From: Planctomycetota bacterium | Lineage (GTDB): Bacteria > Planctomycetota > OFTM77 | DNA length: 64,000 nt | NCBI GenBank assembly: GCA_029260795.1 | Contig: JAJDCO010000055.1 | Location: 322 to 64,321 of the forward strand | Reading direction: 5' to 3' | Shown here: piece by piece, positions 9,436 to 17,551 of the stretch | Position numbering within the stretch: the stretch's first letter is position 1 | Layout: each line of letters begins with the position of its first letter | Translations under genes and position numbers: made by a program | The notes under the pieces: model-generated | What the model was told of the DNA's origin: nothing | Seen by the model: the letters and a program-made list of their open reading frames with translations, nothing else | Database searches by the model: none

Positions 9436-10140
9436 CTACTCGGCCGCACAGGCCGGGCAAGCCGGTCCGGTCTCCTGGTCGGCCGTTCGCCAGGCGGTGG
9501 CCCCCCGCACGATCGAGACGGTGCCCGTCACGATGATGCAGAGTGCGGCCACCTGGAACACGCGACGACGAGCGGCGTGCGACAGCCACTGGCTGCCCAC
9601 ACCAAAAAGGATCAAGGCTGGCGCCGTTCCGGCCCCGAACAACGCCATGGTAAAAGCTCCTCCCCCCACCGAAGCCGTGCTGGCCGCCAAGGACAGCGTC
9701 GCATAGACGAGCCCGCAGGGCAGCCAGCCCGTGAACAGGCCCGCCAAGAACGCACCGCCCCATCCCGGTCGCTTCAGGAACTCGGAGTAGAAGGACGAGG
9801 CGAGGCATGAGGTGCCGCTGCCCGAGCTCCGGTTTGCCCGCCCGCGGAGGATCTGGATCCCCAAGCCGATCAGCAGCAGCCCGGCGCCGATCGCCAGCCC
9901 GGCTTGCCAGCGCGCCCAGCTCGGTACCGCGGCCAGGAGTCGATGACCCAGGAAGCCCGCCGTCGCACCCAGGCAAGCGTACGTGAACACGCGTCCTAGG
10001 GTGAAGGCGAGCTGCCGACGCAAGCCCTCACGCGAGCCCCCTGCCCCACTCGACACCAACCACGCGAAGCCTCCACACATGCCAATGCAATGGGACGAAC
10101 CCAAGAGCCCACTGACGAACACGAGGGGCCACTCGATCAT
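9436..10140 (-). CDS. DsbD_2/TauE-like membrane protein of cbb3 oxidase clusters
   Basis: GLLGSSHCIGMCGG, GRVFTY, GWLPCGLVY, FGAGTAP; last gene of the cco operon. Confidence 0.85.
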   Translation of the reverse strand: MIEWPLVFVSGLLGSSHCIGMCGGFAWLVSSGAGGSREGLRRQLAFTLGRVFTYACLGATAGFLGHRLLAAVPSWARWQAGLAIGAGLLLIGLGIQILRGRANRSSGSGTSCLASSFYSEFLKRPGWGGAFLAGLFTGWLPCGLVYATLSLAASTASVGGGAFTMALFGAGTAPALILFGVGSQWLSHAARRRVFQVAALCIIVTGTVSIVRGATAWRTADQETGPACPACAAE

Positions 10141-12308
10141 GCCGGGACCTCCTCGGGCATTCGAAGAGTCTCGGCAACCTTCGACGGGACCGCCTCGTCC
10201 GAGGCCTCTCGATCCGCCAGCCGCAAGGAGTTCGTCACCACCAGGAAGCTACTGATCGCCATGGCCAGCGCGGCGAGGATCGGGTTGAGCCTTCCGGCGA
10301 CGGCCAGTCCCGTCCCGATGAGGTTGTAGGCGAAAGCCCAAAAGAGGTTGAGTCGAATGACCCGCACCGTTCGTCGAGAGAGCTCGATCGCCCAAGCGAC
10401 GCGGCGCGGATCGTTCGCGAGCAGGCAAACATCCGCCACGTCTCGCGACACGTCGGCTCCGCACCCGAGCGCAATCCCCACCTCGGCACGCGCCAGAGCG
10501 GGAGCGTCATTGATCCCGTCACCCACCATGGCGACGCAATGGCCGGCTTGGACTCGCTCGGCGACCGCGGCGACCTTCGCCTCGGGCACGAGCTCGGCCC
10601 GGACCGGCACCCCGAGCTCCGCTGCCAATCGCGCGGCGCGCCCGGGGTGATCTCCGGTCAGGATCTCGACCCGCAATCCGAGGGCGCGCAATGCCGCGAG
10701 AGCTTCGAAGGCGCCCTCTCGCAGCCGCTCTCGAAGCGAGAACAACGCCCGAACAGAGCCTTCCCATCCGAGGGCGACCACGGGATCCCCCGCCGCCTTC
10801 GCGGCATCGGCCCGCCTGCGCAGCTCTGTTGGCCAGGCCATGCCCGACTCTTCGAGAAACTGCGGGCTCCCGAGCCAAGCCGTCGTCGATCCCGCCGCGT
10901 CGACGACGATCAATCCTCGTCCGGGGACCTGTCGCACCTCGGCCTGAATTGCTTCGTCGGTCGTCCCGTGGTCCGCCGCCCAACGCAGCAGAGCGCGGGA
11001 AGCGATGTGCTCCGATTGAGCCGCGATCGCCGCGGTCCGCGACACGACTTCTCCCTCGGTGCAGTCGACGCGGTGAGCGGCCTCGACCTGCAGATCCGCC
11101 TCGGTGAGCGTCCCCGTCTTGTCGAAGAAGATCGAGTCCACTCGCGCCAATCGCTCGAGGGCGGTCCCACTTCGAAAGAGCACCTGATGTCGGGCGGCCG
11201 TACCGACGGCGGTCCAGACGGCCATCGGAGTCGCCAGGCCGAGAGCGCACGGGCAGGCGATCAGGAGAACGGCGAGACCGGCGAGAAGCCCTTCCTCGAA
11301 GCCGCCCGTGCGACCGTGAACGATCGCCGTCGCCCCGGCCACCGCCAAGACCAGCGGCACGAAGAAACGAGCGACACGATCCGCCAAACGCTCGAATCGG
11401 CCCTGGGCACCGAGCGCCGCTCGCACGAGCTCGGTCAGGCGAGCGACCGTACCGCGGTCCGCCTCGGCCGCGGCTTCGAGGACGAGCGCACCGTCGACAT
11501 TCCAAGTACCGGCGGCGACGACGTCTCCCGGACCTCGAGTGGTCGGGACACTCTCTCCGGTCAGCAGCCCTTCGTCGATGGCCGCTCGCCCTCGCCGGAT
11601 CCGTCCGTCACACGGAATGCGCTCACCCGGCAGGACGCGCACCGAGTCGCCGACCCGCAGCTCGGCCAGGGGCAAGACGGACTCGGGATGCTCGCCCCGG
11701 CGGACACGCACGGTCTCGGGCAGCAGCCGGTCGAGGGACTCGACCGCTTCGGTCGTGCGCTGCTTACCGAGCGCCTCCATCCAGCGCCCCAGCGTGACGA
11801 GCACCAGGACCATGCAGACGACCTCGAAGTACGTCCGATCGCGATCGCCGAAGACGGACGCCGCGGAGTAGGCCAATGCCGCCGCCACGCCCAGCGCGAT
11901 GAGCCCATCGGTGGCCACGATGCCGCGACGCACCTGCGCCCACGCGTTGATCATCAGCGGGATGCCCAGCAGCCAGAAGACCGGAACGGAGAGCAGCAGG
12001 CTGACCGCGCGGAAGAGGTCGCGCAGCGCATCGGCCATCGGGCCGGCGTTCTCGGGCGAGACGGCGTCGATCTCCTGGCTCCACAGGACGAGGCTGAACA
12101 CCATGACGTTCATGGTGAAGAAGGTGGCGATGCCGAGTCGCGCCAAGAGCCGTCGCGCTTCGCCGCTCGCCTCTCCGGTCCCGGCGATCTGTGCGGCCAA
12201 CCGGCAGCCGAAGCAACAGAAGGCCGGTCCGTCGTCCTCGACGGCGCGTCCGCCGAGGGGAAGGTGGCAGAAGGCGCAGGCTTCGCGCTCGCCGACGGCC
12301 GCGGTCAC
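10137..12308 (-). CDS. ccoI: P1B-type copper-translocating ATPase (CcoI/FixI-like)
   Basis: N-terminal CAFC...FCCFGC, TGES, IACPCALGLATP, DKTGT, GDGINDAP, WAFAYN; GTG start overlaps upstream TGA. Confidence 0.88.
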   Translation of the reverse strand: MTAAVGEREACAFCHLPLGGRAVEDDGPAFCCFGCRLAAQIAGTGEASGEARRLLARLGIATFFTMNVMVFSLVLWSQEIDAVSPENAGPMADALRDLFRAVSLLLSVPVFWLLGIPLMINAWAQVRRGIVATDGLIALGVAAALAYSAASVFGDRDRTYFEVVCMVLVLVTLGRWMEALGKQRTTEAVESLDRLLPETVRVRRGEHPESVLPLAELRVGDSVRVLPGERIPCDGRIRRGRAAIDEGLLTGESVPTTRGPGDVVAAGTWNVDGALVLEAAAEADRGTVARLTELVRAALGAQGRFERLADRVARFFVPLVLAVAGATAIVHGRTGGFEEGLLAGLAVLLIACPCALGLATPMAVWTAVGTAARHQVLFRSGTALERLARVDSIFFDKTGTLTEADLQVEAAHRVDCTEGEVVSRTAAIAAQSEHIASRALLRWAADHGTTDEAIQAEVRQVPGRGLIVVDAAGSTTAWLGSPQFLEESGMAWPTELRRRADAAKAAGDPVVALGWEGSVRALFSLRERLREGAFEALAALRALGLRVEILTGDHPGRAARLAAELGVPVRAELVPEAKVAAVAERVQAGHCVAMVGDGINDAPALARAEVGIALGCGADVSRDVADVCLLANDPRRVAWAIELSRRTVRVIRLNLFWAFAYNLIGTGLAVAGRLNPILAALAMAISSFLVVTNSLRLADREASDEAVPSKVAETLRMPEEVPA

Positions 12309-12481
12309 TTCGGATTCGTGAAGCTGTGCTGAATGTCCGGGATCGCGTAGGTGAGCGTGTAGTAGATGGCGATGATCCAGAACATGAGCCAGATGAGCCG
12401 CACGTACCACGGAATCCGGTGGCCGATGTAGGTATGGAAGCGATGCTCCACTTCCGGGCTGTGGTCTTCAGAGAGTCCCAT
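12305..12481 (-). CDS. 58-aa single-TM peptide resembling the CcoP N-terminal (FixP_N) helix
   Basis: Translated by hand (below ORF-track cut-off): MGLSEDHSPEVEHRFHTYIGHRIPWYVRLIWLMFWIIAIYYTLTYAIPDIQHSFTNPK*; GAGGA RBS; GTGA overlap with ccoI. Confidence 0.75.
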   Translation of the reverse strand: MGLSEDHSPEVEHRFHTYIGHRIPWYVRLIWLMFWIIAIYYTLTYAIPDIQHSFTNPK

Positions 12482-12507
12482 CGTCGTTCCTCAATCGGAT
12501 GCCGAGC

Positions 12508-12831
12508 TCAGTTGATCCAGTCCACGACCGCGTCGCGGTCCTCTTGAGCGTCGAGTCGCTGCTCGCGTTCGAGCAGCTCGAACTTCGGACGCTCGATCTC
12601 GCGGAACATGCCGAGACCGATCGCCCAAAAGAAGAGGAGGAAGAAGCCGGTGGAGGCGAGGAGGTAGTTGACGATTGGCGCCAGGGCGAAGGCGCCTTCC
12701 TGTCCGGTCTGGGCGAGCTTGATGAACTCGATGAACTTCGAGCCGAAGCCGTAGACGCTCGGCACGAGAATGAGGATCCCCATGACCCAGACCGTGAGGG
12801 TCTGGGTCCGACTCGACTTGCCATAGCTCAT
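12508..12831 (-). CDS. CcoS/FixS-like cbb3 maturation membrane protein with an extra N-terminal TM
   Basis: FFLLFFWAIGLGMFREIERPK resembles CcoS F.WA...GQFDD; ATGA overlap with ccoO. Confidence 0.6.
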   Translation of the reverse strand: MSYGKSSRTQTLTVWVMGILILVPSVYGFGSKFIEFIKLAQTGQEGAFALAPIVNYLLASTGFFLLFFWAIGLGMFREIERPKFELLEREQRLDAQEDRDAVVDWIN

Positions 12832-13505
12832 CGGGCGGCTGCCTTTCCGAGCACGCCTTCGACGTTCTCGTAGTAGGGAGAGATCGGGAACTCGAGCCAG
12901 CTGCCGAGCCATTGGACATAGAGCACGATCGCGAGCCCCTTGGCATTGGGCGTCGGAGGGCCCGACTCGGGCTCGTCGAGGAACCACTTGTAGGCGGGCA
13001 TGATCGAGCCGGGCGACGTGAGCTGAGGGTCCCAGAAGTGGGCGACGTGCCAGTCACTGCCGCGGCGACCGCCCTCGCGGGACAGGTCGGGCCCGACGCG
13101 ACGGGTGCCGAACATGACCGGACGCTGGAGCTCGTTCTGGTACTCGATGGGTTCGGCGACCGGTCCCCAGCGCTTGCTCTCGTTGGAGACGGGGCGAACG
13201 AACTGGCTGTGGCAGTGCCAGCAGCCTTCGCCGACGTAGATGTCCCGGCCGCGCTCGAGCAGCTCGGCGCAATTCTCTTCCGTCGCCTCCCCCACGTACT
13301 GAGCGAAAGATTCCGGATAGCGCTGTTGGAGATCTCGCAGCTCGGCCATCACGTTCTTGTTGACGGTCGGGTCGACGAGCTCCTCGACGCTCTGCTCGGG
13401 GAGGTCCCTGAACATCAAGATCGGTACGACGGCGTTCGACACGAACGCCAGCAGGAAGAAGCCCAGGCCAGCCAGTAGCAGGATTCCTGATTTGGACTCG
13501 AACAT
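12828..13505 (-). CDS. ccoO: cbb3-type cytochrome c oxidase subunit II
   Basis: GRDIYVGEGCWHCHSQFVRP, GTRRVGPDL, HFWDP...SIMPAY. Confidence 0.9.
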   Translation of the reverse strand: MFESKSGILLLAGLGFFLLAFVSNAVVPILMFRDLPEQSVEELVDPTVNKNVMAELRDLQQRYPESFAQYVGEATEENCAELLERGRDIYVGEGCWHCHSQFVRPVSNESKRWGPVAEPIEYQNELQRPVMFGTRRVGPDLSREGGRRGSDWHVAHFWDPQLTSPGSIMPAYKWFLDEPESGPPTPNAKGLAIVLYVQWLGSWLEFPISPYYENVEGVLGKAAAR

Positions 13506-13528
13506 GAATGGCTCCTCAGCTCAGCGCG

Positions 13529-14935
13529 TCACGCGGGGACGGGTTTCGGCTCACCTTGACGAGCGTCGCCTCGCGCCGCCGACCAGGTCATCTTCAGATT
13601 GACCAGGAAGCACACGAAGCCCGCGATGATCGCCAGACCCATGAAGAGCCGCACGATCCAGAAGGGCTGCGAGATCCGGATGGACTCGAGCCACGGAGAG
13701 AGCATGCTCCAGGACCAGCCTTGAAGAATGCCGGCCAGCGTGAGGTCGATGAACATGACGAACATGCCGCCGGCCGAGAGCCAAAAGTGCCACTCGAGCA
13801 GCTTGCGGCTCGCCCACTCGCGTCCCAACAGCCGCGGGAAGAGGTACGTCATGATGCCGAAGAGCCAGAAGCCGAAGACACCGAACATGACCAAGTGGGC
13901 GTGGCCCACGACCCAATCGGTGAAGTGGATGAGCTTCTGAAACGTCTGCGTGACTTGAAGAGCGCACTGCGCACAGGTGATGAAGTAGAAGACCATCCCG
14001 ACATAGAACCATCGCAGCGGGAGGTGCCGCTTGAGGATGCTGCTCGAGCCCCAGATGGTCCCGAAGAAGTTGATGATCACGGTCGTGACCACGAACTCGA
14101 CCGCGATGGTCGCGATGATGGCGCCGTACTGCAGGAACATCGGGATCGGCGCATAGAGGAAGTGATGGATGCCGTTCAGGGGATAGAAGAAGGCCAGTCC
14201 CCAGAAGCCGACCAGCGACAGACCGTGGCTCCAGATCGGTCGCTTGAGCATGATCGGCACGAAGTAGTACATCAGCCCCCAGCCCAAGGGCGTGACGAAC
14301 AGGCCGACCAGGTCGTGGATGAACAGCCCCGCGATCGCGCCCCCACTCGCGCCCGACACCAAGTACTCCGGTACGAAGTTGCCCATCGCGTACGTCAGGA
14401 AGGTCCAGACGAAGGCGGCCAGGAAGTACCAGAGCGTGACGTACAGCGGCCCCTTCATCTTGATGATCGGGACCGAGAAGTTGATCGCGACCAGCAGCAG
14501 GCCAGCTTGCGCGAGCGGGTCGATCCAGACCGGCGTCTCACCCCACTCGAGCCCCTGGGCCTGTCCGAAGAGGATGCCGCCCGCCGTGGCGAGCACGACG
14601 ATCTGCCAGGCGCCGTAGATGAACCACGACAGCTGGACGCTGGCGACGCGATGCATCGTGAGGCGCGGGATCGCCCAGTGCAGCGCCCCGAGGAACACGT
14701 TCGCGATGAACCCGTAGGCGATCGCGTTGGTGTGGATCATGCGCCAGCGGCCGGGCGAGAGGAGCTCGATGCCGTCGTGGGGATTCCAGCCCACGAGCTG
14801 GAGCGCCATCAGGAGGCCCCCGATCATCGAGACGGCGAAGAAGGTCAGGGCCGCGACGAAGTACGCCAGCACGATCGGGCGGTTGACGAGCAATCGTGCC
14901 TCGTTGGGAGCAGCAGCCGGCAAGGCCTCGGTCAT
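13529..14935 (-). CDS. ccoN: cbb3-type (C-family) heme-copper oxidase subunit I, divergent
   Basis: RMIHTN, IHDLVGL, FFYPLNGIHHFLY, HFTDWVVGHAH supply six His ligands; multiple TMs; start ATG at 14935 overlapping upstream stop. Confidence 0.9.
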   Translation of the reverse strand: MTEALPAAAPNEARLLVNRPIVLAYFVAALTFFAVSMIGGLLMALQLVGWNPHDGIELLSPGRWRMIHTNAIAYGFIANVFLGALHWAIPRLTMHRVASVQLSWFIYGAWQIVVLATAGGILFGQAQGLEWGETPVWIDPLAQAGLLLVAINFSVPIIKMKGPLYVTLWYFLAAFVWTFLTYAMGNFVPEYLVSGASGGAIAGLFIHDLVGLFVTPLGWGLMYYFVPIMLKRPIWSHGLSLVGFWGLAFFYPLNGIHHFLYAPIPMFLQYGAIIATIAVEFVVTTVIINFFGTIWGSSSILKRHLPLRWFYVGMVFYFITCAQCALQVTQTFQKLIHFTDWVVGHAHLVMFGVFGFWLFGIMTYLFPRLLGREWASRKLLEWHFWLSAGGMFVMFIDLTLAGILQGWSWSMLSPWLESIRISQPFWIVRLFMGLAIIAGFVCFLVNLKMTWSAARGDARQGEPKPVPA

Positions 14936-15594
14936 GATTTCCCCTCGTGACTCGCGATTCCATACGGGCGAAACCGGCCCAGCGGATACATCAGCAGCAT
15001 CGTCCAAGCGAAGATCAGGTGCGTGAGCGCCGCTACCCACGGGGGGATCTCGTCGACGATCCACGAGCCTCCGAAGAGGGTCGGCTGCAGCCAGGAGAGG
15101 ATCAGGTAGAAGTTGATCACCCACAGGCCCACCCCGATGACCGAGACGAGCGCGAGCTGCTTCACGAAGCTCGACTTCCCGAAGAAACGCGAGAGCGCCA
15201 TCTGGATCGGGATTCCCAGCACCATTCCCGTCGCGATGTACAAGCAAACGCCCGCAGCGACTGCGATGTCGTCTGCCTGCGTCAACGCCTTCTCGCCCAA
15301 CGGAAAGGTCAGATACACGCGGACGATGCGCAGTGGATCCTGCCCGATCATCAGCGAGCCGATCACGTTGAAGACCAGGCTCGCCATCGCGCCCAGCATG
15401 CCCAGGAACACCCCCGCCATCGCATGGTAGGCGGTGTAGTATCCCTTCGGCGGCCAGTCGGCCGACTGCTCGCGCGCGATCTCGGTCTCGATCCGCTCCA
15501 TCTCGTGACGGAGATCGTCGAGTCGCTTCTGCCGATCAGCGCCTTCCAAGAGGTCTCCTCCCCACTCAGAAACACGGGGTTCGCCGGGGCCCAT
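14932..15594 (-). CDS. Hypothetical 4-TM membrane protein of the cco operon
   Basis: Coiled N-terminus then hydrophobic helices; His in YHAMAG and LTHLIF; translationally coupled to ccoN. Confidence 0.75.
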   Translation of the reverse strand: MGPGEPRVSEWGGDLLEGADRQKRLDDLRHEMERIETEIAREQSADWPPKGYYTAYHAMAGVFLGMLGAMASLVFNVIGSLMIGQDPLRIVRVYLTFPLGEKALTQADDIAVAAGVCLYIATGMVLGIPIQMALSRFFGKSSFVKQLALVSVIGVGLWVINFYLILSWLQPTLFGGSWIVDEIPPWVAALTHLIFAWTMLLMYPLGRFRPYGIASHEGKS

Positions 15595-15666
15595 GGCCCG
15601 GCGCACTGCTCTCGCTGAACAAAGAGCAGCTCAGTCAGTCGACACGGATTCTTTGGGGCTCAGACT

Positions 15667-16062
15667 CTACGTCGCACGAGGGATCACCGTCAACGATGCG
15701 GCCAACACCAGCCCGGCCGTGAAACCAAAGATCACGGCCAGCAGGCCAACGCCGTAGAGCGTCATCGTGCCGTCCTCGAGGACCGTGCTCTGCCGGCGCA
15801 GCACACGGCGGCTGACGATTCCGCACACCCACGTCCAGTGCAGCATCACATGCACGACCGCACCCAAGAACAGAAGCGCCAGCAAGGCGAACTGGACGTC
15901 GGTCCAGCCGTCGTACCCGAGACCCCAGAGTCGCCAGCCGTCGGCCTGGGTCGCGGAAGGAAACACGATGCGCAGAATCAAGGTCGCACCGACCAGCGTG
16001 ACCAGCAGAACCATCAACACGAGGTCGAGCAGGAGATTGACGAAGGCGCGGGACATCATCAC
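15667..16062 (-). CDS. DUF4405-like (cytochrome b-like) membrane protein
   Basis: NLLLDLV...LWGLGYDGWTDVQF...VHVMLHWTWV. Confidence 0.7.
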   Translation of the reverse strand: MMMSRAFVNLLLDLVLMVLLVTLVGATLILRIVFPSATQADGWRLWGLGYDGWTDVQFALLALLFLGAVVHVMLHWTWVCGIVSRRVLRRQSTVLEDGTMTLYGVGLLAVIFGFTAGLVLAASLTVIPRAT

Positions 16063-16109
16063 TCGCCGGAATGAAGGACTCGAATCGAACTGCGTGAGCT
16101 CGCGGCGAA

Positions 16110-16126
16110 AGCACTCACCGTGCCAA
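16110..16126 (-). promoter_or_regulatory. sigma54 -24/-12 promoter of the cco operon
   Basis: Minus strand TTGGCACGGTGAGTGCT with GG-N10-GC spacing, about 50 nt upstream of the DUF4405 gene. Confidence 0.7.
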
Positions 16127-16235
16127 GCTTCTAGGAGGACGACGGCACGGCTGACCCTCGCAACCCTCCGAATCCGAATCGGAACCGTGCCGGTACGCGT
16201 CGCGCGTCACCTCGGGAGAAACTGACTCACCGAGC

Positions 16236-16253
16236 TGTCACGTGCTCATGACA
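16236..16253. promoter_or_regulatory. Palindromic candidate enhancer site TGTCA-N8-TGACA
   Basis: tgtcacgtgctcatgaca, roughly 90-110 bp from each sigma54 promoter. Confidence 0.45.
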
Positions 16254-16339
16254 CTCGAGCCCCTGGCCGAAAGAGATCCGACCGGTCGACACCGCGCGGC
16301 ACGCGGTCGCGCGGTCCCGCGGAGCCCATCCGGAGCCAG

Positions 16340-16355
16340 GGGCACGCCAATTGCC
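16340..16355 (+). promoter_or_regulatory. sigma54 -24/-12 promoter of the regulator gene
   Basis: GGGCACGCCAATTGCC, GG-N10-GC with TTGC, about 50 nt upstream of ATG 16407. Confidence 0.65.
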
Positions 16356-16406
16356 AAGCGCACGATCAACATCACCGACCGGCCCTCGCCTCTTTCGAGC
16401 GATCCC

Positions 16407-17543
16407 ATGAACGAGCCCCGCATCCTGTTCGTTGCCAAGGCCCCCGGCCTCGCCGATCGTGGCGCCCGCCTTCTCGAGGCTCTTCCCGGCATTGCCGTCA
16501 GCCGCCTCAGCGATCCCCGCGCCGCCTTGGATTGGGTGAATCGCGAGCCCGTCGATGTCCTGATCATCGAGCTTCCGATGACAGCGGACATCGCCTCCCT
16601 CGCGCGAACGGCTCGTCGTCGCCGACCGGGCCTCGCCGTGCTCGGGCTCTGCTGCTCGAGCCTTCAGTCCGAGTGGCGAGGTCCCTTGCCCCGATTCGAG
16701 TGTGACGAGGTGCTCGTCCTTCCCTTTGCGCCCGACCAGCTGACCGAGTGCGTGCGCCGGCTCGCGTATCGACCGCACGATCCCGAAAACGCTGCCGAGA
16801 AGACGCCTCCCGAGCTCGTCGGCGTCAGCGAGCCACTCTCGAGCCTGCTCGACATGATCGAGCGGCTGGGCCCCCTCGACGTCGAGGTGCTCATCCAAGG
16901 CCCGGCCGGATCACCGCGCGCCACGGTCGCTCGTCAGCTCCAGGCACTCGATCCGCATCGGAACGGTCCTTTCGTCAACGCCGATTGCCGGCTCGACGAG
17001 CCCGGACAAGTGCGCTGGGACGACTCCCTCGCCGTGGCTCGCAATCGTTGGAAATGCCTTCTGGAGGCCAGCGCCGAGGGCGTGCTCTTTCTCGACCATC
17101 TGGATCGACTGCCGCGCACTCATCAGGCGATCCTCCAGAACCTGCTGACCGATTCTCAACGCGAGGGACGGGGTCATTCCGTCCGCCTCGTCTCGGCAGC
17201 CGAGGTCAGCCTGGAGGAAGAGCTCGACACGAACGAGTTCCGCCGCGATCTCTTCTATCGGCTCAGCACGGTCAAGATCGAGCTGCCGTCCCTCGAACAA
17301 CGCTCGGCCGACCTGCCCGAGCTCTGCGCGGCATTCTTGGCTCGAATCTCGGGAAGGCGGAGTCAGCCGCGATATCAGCTCACGGTCGAGGCCCTCGAGC
17401 TGCTCGAGCAACGCCCGTGGCCGGGCGACATCAGCGCACTCCATCGACTGTTGATCGAGGCCTCCGAGCTGGCGCGTGGTCCCTTGATCGAGGATCAAGA
17501 CATCCGGGCGGCCCTCCAACGAGCGACCGCCCTTCAGCCCTGA
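16407..17543 (+). CDS. Degenerate NtrC-like regulator (REC + sigma54-activator AAA+ domain)
   Basis: REC-like N-terminus (VDVLIIELPM); VLIQG, GPFVNADC, GVLFLD, FRRDLFYRL, LPSLEQR, WPGDI; no GAFTGA and no evident C-terminal HTH. Confidence 0.8.
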   Translation: MNEPRILFVAKAPGLADRGARLLEALPGIAVSRLSDPRAALDWVNREPVDVLIIELPMTADIASLARTARRRRPGLAVLGLCCSSLQSEWRGPLPRFECDEVLVLPFAPDQLTECVRRLAYRPHDPENAAEKTPPELVGVSEPLSSLLDMIERLGPLDVEVLIQGPAGSPRATVARQLQALDPHRNGPFVNADCRLDEPGQVRWDDSLAVARNRWKCLLEASAEGVLFLDHLDRLPRTHQAILQNLLTDSQREGRGHSVRLVSAAEVSLEEELDTNEFRRDLFYRLSTVKIELPSLEQRSADLPELCAAFLARISGRRSQPRYQLTVEALELLEQRPWPGDISALHRLLIEASELARGPLIEDQDIRAALQRATALQP

Positions 17544-17551
17544 GGCCGCTC

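Noticed and set aside
10539-12332. 597-aa plus-strand ORF (likewise 13508-14950, 35011-36780, 43153-44868 and similar)
   Set aside because: Antisense to genes with clear family motifs; no independent coding evidence
14936-15247. N-terminal extension of ccoN in the ORF track
   Set aside because: Overlaps the upstream membrane gene; ATG at 14935 has an RBS and stop/start coupling
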